From contig OZ244922.1 of the NCBI GenBank assembly GCA_965221905.1, positions 2,176,001-2,240,000 of the forward strand: a stretch of 64,000 nucleotides of DNA, read 5' to 3'. The stretch's first letter is position 1. Each line of letters starts with the position of its first letter. A model generated the notes under the pieces. It saw nothing but the letters and a program-made list of their open reading frames with translations. It was not told where the DNA came from and did not search any database. Made by a program: the position numbers and the translations under genes. This document shows positions 49,849 to 59,351 of this stretch, one piece after another. This DNA is from Chloroflexota bacterium. Lineage in GTDB: Bacteria > Chloroflexota > UBA11872 > VXOZ01.

Positions 49849-50638
49849 TTACTTTGCGTCCAGCGTTGCCTTTGCGGAACGGCCCTTTGCGGAAGCATGC
49901 GCTGCGCTGCGGGAAACAGGCTTCAGCGAGGTGGACATCTGGTCTGTACCGAATTGGTGCGCGCACCTGCCTCCTGAAGATTCGCAGCCCGATCTGGATG
50001 GCGTAAAGCGCGTACTCGACGACAACCAGCTAACGTGCCGGGCGATTTCTGCATACGGCAAGGACTCCGATGAGATGATTCTAGCGCGGCTCGGGCACCT
50101 GGCAGCGCTTGGCGGTAAGGTGCTTGTGCGCGGCAGCGGGCCGGAAGACCAGTCAGTGGCCGAATTTGTAGAAGGGTTCATGCCGTTCGTGCGGCGCGCC
50201 GAAGAGCTCGGCGTTCAGATCGGCATTGAGAATCATCGCGGGTCCGTTATCAATAGCATTGCATCCATGCGGGAACTCTTGGAACGGGTGGAGAGTCCGG
50301 CGCTTGGCATCGCATTTGCGCCTATCCACGTCCACATGGCCCAGGAGGACATCTCGGAGGCTATTCACGCGGTCGGCGACCGCATTGCCCTCTGCTATGC
50401 GTGGGACTGGGGTCCAACCGCCGACAAGTTCTGGAAGGATCCGCAGGAGCAGGTGCCGGGAACCGGTGTGATTGATTTCCACGCTATGTTCCACGCCCTG
50501 AGCGAGATTGGGTACCAAAGTCCGCTCTGCATCTTCGCCCACGGCTTGGAGTACGAACGCACGGAAGATGGCATAGTGGCGTTGCGGTCCGGTCGAGCCC
50601 ACTGCCAGCAGGTGGAACGCGACCTCGGCCTGCGGTAA
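49841..50638 (+). CDS. Sugar phosphate isomerase/epimerase (AP_endonuc_2 TIM barrel), atypical metal motif
   Basis: IENH, PGTGVIDF, IGY; ATG overlaps the upstream stop. Confidence 0.85.
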   Translation: MFDYFASSVAFAERPFAEACAALRETGFSEVDIWSVPNWCAHLPPEDSQPDLDGVKRVLDDNQLTCRAISAYGKDSDEMILARLGHLAALGGKVLVRGSGPEDQSVAEFVEGFMPFVRRAEELGVQIGIENHRGSVINSIASMRELLERVESPALGIAFAPIHVHMAQEDISEAIHAVGDRIALCYAWDWGPTADKFWKDPQEQVPGTGVIDFHAMFHALSEIGYQSPLCIFAHGLEYERTEDGIVALRSGRAHCQQVERDLGLR

Positions 50639-50690
50639 CGCGGCTTAGCTTAGGCCGCTCGGCAGAAATGCCACATCATTGGGCTCTCCC

Positions 50691-50768
50691 GCAGCCCCAT
50701 TCACAACCCCGGCTCAGCAGCCCCATTCACAACCCCGGCTCAGCAGCCCCATTCACAACCCCTGCTCC
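50691..50768. repeat. 26-bp tandem repeat, three copies
   Basis: GCAGCCCCATTCACAACCCCGGCTCA twice, plus a third copy with two mismatches. Confidence 0.95.
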
Positions 50769-50794
50769 GTTGGACTACGCGGCGGCGTAATTAG

Positions 50795-50822
50795 CCGTTC
50801 GTGCTGAGCCTGTCGAAGCATG
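50795..50822. repeat. Half of a REP/MITE-like element
   Basis: CCGTTCGTGCTGAGCCTGTCGAAGCATG, a repeat arm I recall as widespread in intergenic DNA; no partner arm seen. Confidence 0.55.
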
Positions 50823-50975
50823 GACGGCGTTGCCACCTAATCCATGGTCTGTATTGCAGGAATCTAACTACCGACGTTGCTAAGAGAATGTAGACTCTGA
50901 TGTTGGATAGCGTGTCTTTCCTTGATGGAACAGCACCCACCGACGCTTTGAGCCACAGTTGCCTGCTGCTTGCCC

Positions 50976-52010
50976 TCATCGAAGGGCCAAGCAAAGTCCC
51001 ATCTCCGTTGCCAATTCCTGCATCGGCTCCCATACGATGCGCGGCAAGGGATGGGTGCCACGAGCACGCGCTTCTCTCTCTAATCGCCCGGCGCGTTCAC
51101 CGGGGTAGAAGATCTCTTCCACACCGGGCTTACGCGGTCCGGACTTGATCCTGCTAATGTACTCCGTCACACGCCGCGCAAAGTCGGGGTGCGCCATAAA
51201 CAAACTCGGGTCCAAGACCAACACGAAGTGACCTACTTTTCCGCTCTGGCCGCTGTCAGGGCCATAGTCATTGCCGCTGAGAACGCCCGCTATAAGCTCG
51301 GAGACCAGTGCCAGACCGTAGCCCTTGTGGTCGCCCAGCGGCAGCAGCGTGCCTTCAACTGCCGCCTGGGCGTCTGTCGTTGGATTGCCGTCTTTGTCCA
51401 GTGCCCAACCCTCGGGCAGCGGAGTATTTTCCGCCGCATGCATGCGGACTTTGGCAAACGACGCGGAAGGCGCAATATCGAGCACTAGCGGATCTTCATC
51501 TCCAACGGGAACTCCGAAGGCCCAGGGATTATTGCCGAGCACGCGGCCCAGGCCGCCCGTGGGCGGCATCACTGCCTCGGCCACTGACGTGCAAATGGCA
51601 ATGTATCCCTGTCGGGCAGCGCGCAAAACGTAGTGCGCCGGAATGAAGAGATGGCTTGAGTTATAGACACCGGCCACGCCAATGCCGCTTGTACTCGCTT
51701 TGATGAGGCAGCGCTCCAGCGCCCGCGTGCACGCAATGCCGCCAAAGCCGTGATCCGCGTCCACGAGAACACTTAGCGGCGATTCCCGCAGCATGCGGAC
51801 TTTGGGTCTCGCGTTGATCGTACCCCCGCTGAGCCGCGGCCCGTAGTAGGCGACGAGCCGCACCCCGTGACTGGCGTGGCCCCGCAACTCCGCTTCCACC
51901 AGAATCCCCGCCAGTATTTGCGCGTTGCTGCGCGTCACCCCCAAAGCCCGAAAAGCTTCGGCGCAAAACGTTTCCAAGTCCTCGATTGCTATTGTGCGCT
52001 CGTCCTGCAT
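50976..52010 (-). CDS. Ldh_2-family (type 2 malate/L-lactate/sulfolactate) dehydrogenase
   Basis: RGHASHG, NSSH, GNNP, GWALD..GNPTTD, HKGYGL, PGE. Confidence 0.93.
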   Translation of the reverse strand: MQDERTIAIEDLETFCAEAFRALGVTRSNAQILAGILVEAELRGHASHGVRLVAYYGPRLSGGTINARPKVRMLRESPLSVLVDADHGFGGIACTRALERCLIKASTSGIGVAGVYNSSHLFIPAHYVLRAARQGYIAICTSVAEAVMPPTGGLGRVLGNNPWAFGVPVGDEDPLVLDIAPSASFAKVRMHAAENTPLPEGWALDKDGNPTTDAQAAVEGTLLPLGDHKGYGLALVSELIAGVLSGNDYGPDSGQSGKVGHFVLVLDPSLFMAHPDFARRVTEYISRIKSGPRKPGVEEIFYPGERAGRLEREARARGTHPLPRIVWEPMQELATEMGLCLALR

Positions 52011-52025
52011 TGGTGCTGTCCTTAC

Positions 52026-52940
52026 TTACTCTTTCACTGACCCTGCGAGAATACCGCGCACGAAGTAGCGCTGCAAGCTGAAGAAGATGATGAGCGGCAG
52101 CGCCATCGAGACAAATGCGCCTGCGGTGAGGAGTTGCCACTGCGAACCATACGAGCTGACAAGATTGGTCAGAGTGAGCGTCAACGGCGCTTTCTGGGGG
52201 TCCTGCAAGTACACGAGGGCTACCAGCAGGTCGTTCCAGACCCACAGGAATTGAAAGATTGCTAATGACGCAATCGCCGGCGTGGACAGTGGCAAGATGA
52301 CTTTAAAGAAGACGGCTATATCCGAAGCACCATCGAGAAAGGCCGACTCAAGCATCGGACGCGGCAACTGGCTGAAAAAACTATGGAGCAAGAAGATCGC
52401 GAAGGGGAGTCCATAGCCGGTGTGCGCCAGCCAAATGGCGGGAAACGTTCCCGCTAGATGAACAAGGGTAAATAGCCGCAGGACAGGTATGATGGTCACC
52501 TGGACCGGCACGACTAAGAGGGCTATGACCAGGATTAAGATCAGCCTGCGGCCCGGAAAGCGCATCCATGCAAAAGCGTAGGCCGCTACGGCGGCCACGA
52601 AGATCGGGAGCAGCGTCCCCGGCACCGCGATAATAATGCTATTCACAAAACTCCGCGCCATATTGTTTTGCGTGAGCACGTCGGCATAGTTCTGCAGTGT
52701 GATGTCAGCCGGATTCCATAGGATACGCCACCACCCCGTGGCGGTGACGGCAGTGCGTTCGCGAAAAGAGCTAACCAGGAGCGCAAGCGTTGGCGCCAGC
52801 CACAGCACTGCGATTGCAACCACAATGGCATGCACTGGGAGGTGGCGTGTCAGGCGCGCTATGCTGTGCCGTTTTGGCGTAGATTCCCCTGAAGGCGCCG
52901 GGGATGCTGCTACGCTCGGGTTTTCCTCAGACTTACGCAT
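52026..52940 (-). CDS. Carbohydrate ABC transporter permease (AglG/MalG type)
   Basis: ESAFLDGA loop, WVWNDLL, QRYFVRG. Confidence 0.95.
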   Translation of the reverse strand: MRKSEENPSVAASPAPSGESTPKRHSIARLTRHLPVHAIVVAIAVLWLAPTLALLVSSFRERTAVTATGWWRILWNPADITLQNYADVLTQNNMARSFVNSIIIAVPGTLLPIFVAAVAAYAFAWMRFPGRRLILILVIALLVVPVQVTIIPVLRLFTLVHLAGTFPAIWLAHTGYGLPFAIFLLHSFFSQLPRPMLESAFLDGASDIAVFFKVILPLSTPAIASLAIFQFLWVWNDLLVALVYLQDPQKAPLTLTLTNLVSSYGSQWQLLTAGAFVSMALPLIIFFSLQRYFVRGILAGSVKE

Positions 52941-52945
52941 CAGCG

Positions 52946-53836
52946 TCAGTTCTCCTCCGATCGGAAACGACGGATATTAACGAGCATGATCGGAACAATC
53001 GCGAGCAGAAGCACGATGGCAAGTGCGCTCGCTCGTCCAAAATGCCGGAAGTTGAACATCTGCTTAAACATCAGAGTCGCAACCACGTCGGTGTTGAAAT
53101 TCCCCCCGGTCATGATCCAAACCAGGTCGAACTGTTTGAGAGCAGTTATCGCGAGGGTAATGGCGACGACAGTGATCGCCGGGTAGAGCAGCGGCAAGAT
53201 TATGTAGCGAAAGGTTTGCCAGGCGGTGGCCCCATCGGTACGGGCGGCTTCGAGGATTTCCTCCGATACCCCTTTGAGGGCAGCCGAGAGAATGACCAAG
53301 GCAAACCCGGTCCACATCCATACGCCTGAGCCAATGATCGCAAAGTTGTTGATTTGGAACGGCTGCGGAAGGAAATCCGGTCCGCTATTAACCAGCCACG
53401 CATTCGGACTCCCGCCAAGCGAAACCGAAAGCGCGTTGATGGTGCCAATCTGCTCGAAGCCTGCGGGCTTGAACGCGTACATGAATCGCCAAATCACACC
53501 GGCAGCCACGAACGAAATCGCCATTGGGACGAAAATGGCCGCTTGCACGTACCGCTCATAGCGCACGGCATTGAGCAAAACCGCAATGATGAGGCCCAGT
53601 CCCACTGTGAGACCGGTAAACAGCACGAGCCAGAGCAAGTTATTGAGTATTGCTGATTGTGTGGTCGGCTGGGTCAGCACGTACGTATAGTTGCTTAACC
53701 CCTCGAACTGGGTCGAGTTGCCGTTCATGAAACTGAGGCGCAACGTGTCAAGCGTCGGGTAAACGAGAAAGATGCCGAGAATGATCAGAGCCGGGGAGAG
53801 CCACAACCAGGGAACGTACCACTTGCGGCCTACCAT
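52946..53836 (-). CDS. Carbohydrate ABC transporter permease (AglF/MalF type)
   Basis: PMAISFV, WMWTGFA, EAARTDGA, MTGG; ATG after AAGGAG. Confidence 0.95.
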   Translation of the reverse strand: MVGRKWYVPWLWLSPALIILGIFLVYPTLDTLRLSFMNGNSTQFEGLSNYTYVLTQPTTQSAILNNLLWLVLFTGLTVGLGLIIAVLLNAVRYERYVQAAIFVPMAISFVAAGVIWRFMYAFKPAGFEQIGTINALSVSLGGSPNAWLVNSGPDFLPQPFQINNFAIIGSGVWMWTGFALVILSAALKGVSEEILEAARTDGATAWQTFRYIILPLLYPAITVVAITLAITALKQFDLVWIMTGGNFNTDVVATLMFKQMFNFRHFGRASALAIVLLLAIVPIMLVNIRRFRSEEN

Positions 53837-53858
53837 AAGCAAAACTCCTTAGTAGAAG

Positions 53859-53898
53859 AAAAAGGGCAGTGGATGCTTAGACGCACCCACTGCCCTTT
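53859..53898 (-). terminator. Intercistronic stem-loop/terminator after the binding-protein gene
   Basis: 16-bp stem AAAGGGCAGTGGGTGC/GCATCCACTGCCCTTT continuing into a T-run on the minus strand. Confidence 0.7.
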
Positions 53899-53920
53899 CC
53901 ATTGCCAAGCAGGTATGTAG

Positions 53921-55219
53921 TTAACCTGCCGTGTACGCCTCATTCGCAACGGCCTCGATCTGTGCCAGAATCGCATCGAGATTGTCTGGATTCTGGAGAT
54001 AGTCAAGCACGCCTTTCCAGAAAGCAGCTTGCACTTCAGCAGGCATCGAGTCGTCTGCATCAAAGCGATAGATGCTCGCGGTCGTCAACTGCGCGGCAGC
54101 CTGCGCTGCGAGCACATCCGGATAGGCATCGAGACTTACCTGACTGTTGACCGCCGTAAATCCGCCACGCTCTACCCATATCTGCTGCGCCTGTGCGCCT
54201 GCAAGGTGCTGCATCAGTGACCGCGCGGCCGGAGTGTCGCGCAGCATGACGATGACATCAGCCCCGCCCGTAACCGCACCGGCGTATGCCGGACTAATTG
54301 TCGGGAATGGGAAGAACGAGTAGTCTTCTCCCGCAACCTGGTCGGGGAACTGCTCGCTGATGAAGCCTTGGGTAAAGCTGCCAAGGTAGTACATGCCCGC
54401 TTGCGGTGGTGTTTGGAACGGCAAGTGCGAGCCATCGATGAAGTTTGTGGCGAGGACGGCCTGCGCTCCGCCGGGCACGTAGCCCTCCGTCAGCGCGATC
54501 TGACCGAACTTCTCGAATGCCGACTTGATCGCCGGGTCGGTCCAAGGAATCTCGTGTGCTACCCATTGGTCGTAGGCTTCCGGCCCTGATTCGTGCAGGA
54601 GAATCTCGCCGATCCAGTCAGTGCCGGGCCAGCCGCTGGCGCCGCCGCTCTCTACCCCAACCGACCAGGGCGCGAGCCCCGCCGCCTTCATCTGGTCAGA
54701 GAGGGCAATCATCTCTTCCCACGTCGTCGGTACGCTCCAACCGTTTTCGGCAAAGACTTTGGGGCTATACCAAATCGTGCCTTTGTTGGCCGCTTTGAAG
54801 AAAATTGCATACAGTTGGCCGTCCACGGTGCCCAGGTCTACCCACCCTTGCGAGTATTCCGCTGCCATCATGTCCGCATCCAGCACCGAGTCGAGCGGTA
54901 CCAGTCTTCCTTCACGGGCGAGCGCGTGCATGAGACCGGGATTAGGCAAGATCGCAATGTCCGGCGGGTTCCCGGCTTCCAGCCTGCTCGTGAGTACCGC
55001 GTTCAGGTCGCGGGTGCCGGAAAATCCCATAACATATCCGGTTTCCGCTTCCCAAGGAGCAACTGCGGCTTGGAAGTTGGTAAGCTCGTCACCACCCCAC
55101 ACCCCAAGCACATTCACTTGTTTCGACTCTTCCGCCGGCGCCACCCCGCAGTTTGCGAGGATCAATGCAAAGAGCACGAAAAGTGAGAGAACACGCAGGC
55201 GCAACTTCGTGCGTCTCAT
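53921..55219 (-). CDS. Carbohydrate ABC substrate-binding lipoprotein (AglE alpha-glucoside type)
   Basis: Lipobox LANC; GNPPDIAILPNPG, ESGGASGWPGTDW, RFDADDSMP. Confidence 0.92.
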   Translation of the reverse strand: MRRTKLRLRVLSLFVLFALILANCGVAPAEESKQVNVLGVWGGDELTNFQAAVAPWEAETGYVMGFSGTRDLNAVLTSRLEAGNPPDIAILPNPGLMHALAREGRLVPLDSVLDADMMAAEYSQGWVDLGTVDGQLYAIFFKAANKGTIWYSPKVFAENGWSVPTTWEEMIALSDQMKAAGLAPWSVGVESGGASGWPGTDWIGEILLHESGPEAYDQWVAHEIPWTDPAIKSAFEKFGQIALTEGYVPGGAQAVLATNFIDGSHLPFQTPPQAGMYYLGSFTQGFISEQFPDQVAGEDYSFFPFPTISPAYAGAVTGGADVIVMLRDTPAARSLMQHLAGAQAQQIWVERGGFTAVNSQVSLDAYPDVLAAQAAAQLTTASIYRFDADDSMPAEVQAAFWKGVLDYLQNPDNLDAILAQIEAVANEAYTAG

Positions 55220-55332
55220 GATGAAGTCCTTCCTTTTTGCTACTTCTAACCTGAATTCATACCGCTTGCCGCAGACCCAATTCCAGCATCATTCTGGATC
55301 TGTCCTACAGCCTGCAGCGCAAGTCGGGACGT

Positions 55333-55362
55333 ATTATAGCACACTAATAAAGTGAATGACAA
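55333..55362 (-). promoter_or_regulatory. Sigma70-type promoter of the ABC operon
   Basis: Minus strand TTGTCA, 18 nt, TATAAT with an extended -10 TG. Confidence 0.65.
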
Positions 55363-55505
55363 GTACCATAAACCGTACATTCACAATTCGTCCCGGCTAC
55401 CGCAGACTGTGCGCGAGCTCCCAGAGGGTATTCCCCGCACCAAATTATCCCGTTCCGTTCTGTACCAACGCCAAGGCTATAGCACAGCGCAATCCGGGAA
55501 ACTAA

Positions 55506-56261
55506 TCACGGCATGAGGATGCCGCCGTCCACGTTCAAGACCTGTCCTGTCATGTATGCACTTTGGTCTGAGCAGAGAAAGGCCGCCGCCTGCGCGATAT
55601 CGTCGACCGAGCCGATGCGGTCTAGGGGGATGTGCGGCATGATCTTTTGTTTCCAGGATTCCGGCAAGGGTGTCGGCTTGGAATCGATCATCCCAGGCGC
55701 AATGCAGTTCACGCGGACATGCGGCGCCCACTCGATCGCCAAGCGCTTTGTCAGCATTACCAAGCCGGCCTTGGCGGTTGCGTAATGTGCGCCGGTAGCA
55801 TAGGCCGGATGCGGGGAGATGCCGCCCCCCGAGGCAACGTTAAGCATTACGCCGCCCTGCTGCGCCAACATCACGCGCGCGGCTGCCTGGCAGAGCAGAA
55901 AAGGGCCTTGGAGATTGATCATATGAACCCGCTGCCACTCCTTGGGTGATATCTCCAAGGCGGGTTTACTGCTGAAAACCCCCGCGTTGTTGACCAGAAT
56001 GTCTACGGTGCCATAGGCCTCAACCGCCGCCGATACGATCTCGTGCGCAGCCGATAATTCTTGCAGGTCAGCCTGTATAGTCGTTACGCGCACTCCATGG
56101 GCTTCAATCTCGCGGCATGCGGCATCGACGTACTGTTCCGACGTATTGTAATGCAGCACGATGTGCGCGCCGCTCTGAGCTAGAGCTAGGGCAATGCCCT
56201 TGCCTATACCGCGCGCCGCGCCGGTGACAATCGCCACTTTGCCTACTAAGGGCTGCGCCAT
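55506..56261 (-). CDS. Short-chain dehydrogenase/reductase
   Basis: TGAARGIG, NNAG, YATAK, TGQVLNVDGG. Confidence 0.95.
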   Translation of the reverse strand: MAQPLVGKVAIVTGAARGIGKGIALALAQSGAHIVLHYNTSEQYVDAACREIEAHGVRVTTIQADLQELSAAHEIVSAAVEAYGTVDILVNNAGVFSSKPALEISPKEWQRVHMINLQGPFLLCQAAARVMLAQQGGVMLNVASGGGISPHPAYATGAHYATAKAGLVMLTKRLAIEWAPHVRVNCIAPGMIDSKPTPLPESWKQKIMPHIPLDRIGSVDDIAQAAAFLCSDQSAYMTGQVLNVDGGILMP

Positions 56262-56362
56262 GACTGCAATATCCCCCTACCCTCGTACTTGCCGGACTTC
56301 CCGCCCATGACTTCTGCTAATCTAGACTTTACTATCTGTTCCACATCAAAGGAGATCATCTT

Positions 56363-57154
56363 GTGCTTCTTGCTGTATCGGAAAACATGATACCTGGCGC
56401 AGGCTACGGCGAGAAACTCCGTTTTCTGCGCGAACACGGCTACGACGGCATCGAGCTCTTCCCTGACATCGCGGGTCAAGATACAGCCGCCCTCAAGCAA
56501 GCCATGGCAGAAACGGGCATTGTTGCACCCAGCATGCGCGGTCGGACGCGAGACCTGCTTTCCGCAGACCCAACCGAACGCCAAGTGCAGATTGAGCAGC
56601 TTAAGGGCGTCTGTGGACTAGCCGAGGAACTGGGTGTTAGCGCAGTGGTGATAGTTCCGGTGTTTGGCGGCCCGAGATTGCCGAATCTGACGCCATGGCG
56701 GTCCGTCATCGAACTGGAAGAGGCAATGTTGGATACAATTCTCCCTGAGATCGGCAAGAATGCGGCGAATCACGGCGTGACGTTGGTAATGGAACCACTC
56801 AATCGCTATGAGACCCACTTTCTCAATACGCTGGCGCACGGCGCGGCAATTTGCCGGCGTGTGGGCCACCCGCAGGTTCGGGTCATGGCAGACTTCTTTC
56901 ATATGCACATTGAGGAGGCAGACATTGCCGCCAGTCTTGCGGAAAATCTGGCATACGTCTGTCACGTGCACCTAGCTGATAACAATCGCGACCTTCCCGG
57001 GTGCGGCCACACGGACTTTGCGCCCGCGTTCCGTGTGCTCAAGCAAGCAGGCTTCAGCGGCGCCTTCGCCTTAGAATGCCCGCGCAGGGGTTCGCCGGAA
57101 TTCGGTTTCAAGGAGAGCGCCGCCTACGTGCGCGGAATCTGGCAAGCGGTCTAG
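56363..57154 (+). CDS. Sugar phosphate isomerase/epimerase (ketose 3-epimerase-like)
   Basis: EPLNRYE, DFFH, HLAD..R, LEC: complete E-D-H-E metal set. Confidence 0.92.
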   Translation: MLLAVSENMIPGAGYGEKLRFLREHGYDGIELFPDIAGQDTAALKQAMAETGIVAPSMRGRTRDLLSADPTERQVQIEQLKGVCGLAEELGVSAVVIVPVFGGPRLPNLTPWRSVIELEEAMLDTILPEIGKNAANHGVTLVMEPLNRYETHFLNTLAHGAAICRRVGHPQVRVMADFFHMHIEEADIAASLAENLAYVCHVHLADNNRDLPGCGHTDFAPAFRVLKQAGFSGAFALECPRRGSPEFGFKESAAYVRGIWQAV

Positions 57155-57204
57155 CTGACGTTGCAACAAAGAGCCTGCGGAACCGTGTTCAGGCCCCGTG
57201 CCGC

Positions 57205-58926
57205 TCAATTTTCTTCCTCCGATATGAGCGAGAATGCTACCGGAGCAATCGCCAGCGTTACGACATTACGCACGTGCAATGTGCGTGCGTCAAGCACGAG
57301 AATGGCGTTTGCATGGGGTGCTAGAGCGTATAGGATTTCGCGTGCCGGATCGAGAGCCATTTGGGTAATGCCGCCTGCTTGCCACAATTGACGCTCCACA
57401 CTGCCGTCGGATGTATTGATCATTGTCAGCTCAGATGCCTCAATCCCGGAATCTCCGTCCGAAGAATCCTTGGTATCCGAGGCACTGCTCTTGATGTCCG
57501 GGCTCGCAGAAGAACTCTCTTCGCTGGCCACGACTGTAACCGGTCCGCTATCGATACCCAGGTAGAGAGCAGTTCCGTCAGCATTGAGCGCCCCACTTGT
57601 CGCGCGCGCCGCCGGTGATGTAGCGAGGAGGATAGTCTGTCCGGCCTTCAAGCCAACGCGCCACACTTCTTCAGTATCCGGTGTGGTCACGAAAGCCACT
57701 TCACCGCTTTCTGTGGGCACGACCGCGCCAAGTTTCAGGTTTGCCTCGACTATCATGGTTTCACCGGCAGATTGAGATTCCAATTCCACTCTCACCATCT
57801 CCGTACGGTCAACGGCCACGGCGAGCAGTGATCCCTCGTTGAGCGGCACGAGGCTCTCAGCGGGCCATGGCAGAGCAATCTCCGCCGCTGTTTCGCCATT
57901 TTCGTCTATCACCAAGAGCAGAGGATTCGTCTGTGACCCCACCACTATGTATCGGCCCACCACGGCCAGACTGCTCCAATCTTGCGCAGGCAATTGAAAG
58001 AGCCGACCCACCTGTCGCGACTCTGCGTCTACCGTGAGCAGTCCGTCCTCCTGCAAGATGTAGAGTGTCTTGCCGTCGGAAGAGAGTTCAAGGGCGCGAG
58101 GATCGCTGCCAACTCCAATGATGCTTGACGGCCTGAGGTCCTTGGCGTTGAATGCGGCAAGGGCGCCGGAATCGGCAACACCAAGCACGACTATAGTCTT
58201 CGGCTGAGCCCCCGCTTCCTCCGGCGCAGCCTCCGCTTCCTCTTCGTCGCGCAGCAGCGAGAAGGCAACGGAAGCGACGAGAGCAAGCACTACCAGCCCT
58301 ATCCCGGCCTGCATGACACGAGTGCGCATTGTGGTGTCGCCGGTGCCGAGCGCAGCGGCGACTTCAGATCTAAGGGTCGCGCCGGGGCGGGGCGCGATAA
58401 GCTGGCGCATAGCGCGTTCGATAACGGCGCGGTCCGCCTCAGGATCCGGCGCGCTGAAAGCAATGCGCGCGCGTTCCAGCAAGGACTCCACGCGATCGAG
58501 AGAGACTCCTAGCGCTTCGGCAGTTTGGCTCTGCGGCATGCCTTCTGCAAGGGTTAGCAGCCAGACGATGCGCAATCGGGGCGGCAAGGGGATGACCGCG
58601 GCGCGCCACACGGTTGACCGATCCTCGATTTCTACCGGGCCGGGCGTGCGCCGGGAGAGCATATGCCACCGCGTATGGGAGATGAATGTCCGTACCGCCA
58701 TGCGGTAGAACCAGGTATCCAGCACCAAGTTGCGCGGCCGCTTGCGGAACGATCGAAAAGCGTAACGAAAGGTTGCAATGACGAGTGCGCGCGACTCACT
58801 CTCGTTCCCCGTAAGCCAGAAGAAGAGCCGGTAGAGTATTGGGCCAAACTGATCGTAAAGCCCAAGAAAGGCATCCCGGTCGCCTCTTTCGGCTGCCGCG
58901 AGAATCCGTCCCCGATTAGCAAGCAT
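57205..58926 (-). CDS. ECF sigma factor-like protein fused to a membrane helix and a YVTN-like beta-propeller
   Basis: Sigma2 (GDRDAFLGLYDQF...TWFYRMA), sigma4 (LPPRLR...EGM...AEALGVS...VESLLERAR), TM helix AGIGLVVLALVASVAFSLL, blades LSSDGKTLY and LNADGTALY. Confidence 0.8.
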   Translation of the reverse strand: MLANRGRILAAAERGDRDAFLGLYDQFGPILYRLFFWLTGNESESRALVIATFRYAFRSFRKRPRNLVLDTWFYRMAVRTFISHTRWHMLSRRTPGPVEIEDRSTVWRAAVIPLPPRLRIVWLLTLAEGMPQSQTAEALGVSLDRVESLLERARIAFSAPDPEADRAVIERAMRQLIAPRPGATLRSEVAAALGTGDTTMRTRVMQAGIGLVVLALVASVAFSLLRDEEEAEAAPEEAGAQPKTIVVLGVADSGALAAFNAKDLRPSSIIGVGSDPRALELSSDGKTLYILQEDGLLTVDAESRQVGRLFQLPAQDWSSLAVVGRYIVVGSQTNPLLLVIDENGETAAEIALPWPAESLVPLNEGSLLAVAVDRTEMVRVELESQSAGETMIVEANLKLGAVVPTESGEVAFVTTPDTEEVWRVGLKAGQTILLATSPAARATSGALNADGTALYLGIDSGPVTVVASEESSSASPDIKSSASDTKDSSDGDSGIEASELTMINTSDGSVERQLWQAGGITQMALDPAREILYALAPHANAILVLDARTLHVRNVVTLAIAPVAFSLISEEEN

Positions 58927-59096
58927 CTCTTTCTATCACCCAACCTCTTTCTCGGCTTCGTGCCTGCATAGTAGCACATAGCATACGCGATCTTGAGCAC
59001 TTGCAGTGCTCTCGCGCCACTAGGATGGACGATGGTTCTATAGAGACGTTCTGTGCGATTGCAGGAACTCGTCGAAAGATGTACCGTGGGTATGTT

Positions 59097-59153
59097 CGGC
59101 GATGTCTGCGCCGGATGGCGAAGTCTGCGCCGGACGGCGATGTCTGCGCCGGA
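59097..59153. repeat. 19-bp tandem repeat, three copies
   Basis: CGGCGATGTCTGCGCCGGA / TGGCGAAGTCTGCGCCGGA / CGGCGATGTCTGCGCCGGA. Confidence 0.95.
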
Positions 59154-59351
59154 GCCTTCAAGGGCCCCCTCCCGCCCGAGTACGAGGCTACTTGCCGCTG
59201 AATGCTGTGTGGACCCAGGAGAGTATGGAGTCCCTTTGGCATGAGCGTTATGTAAACCAGAGAAACAGCGGGGCTTCGCAGCAGGATTGTCTTAGCCAAT
59301 ACGTGCGTGCTGCATGCACGGCAATTGTGAGAACGCACGCAAGGACCCTAC

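Noticed and set aside
50691-50768. Possible CRISPR array
   Set aside because: The repeats are contiguous with no unique spacers, and there are no cas genes
54593-55355. Long antisense ORFs (also 35857-36582, 61640-62488, 23376-24062)
   Set aside because: Typical shadow frames opposite well-supported genes in GC-rich DNA
59097-59153. Possible CRISPR array or iterons
   Set aside because: No spacers, units are too short, and there is no rep gene
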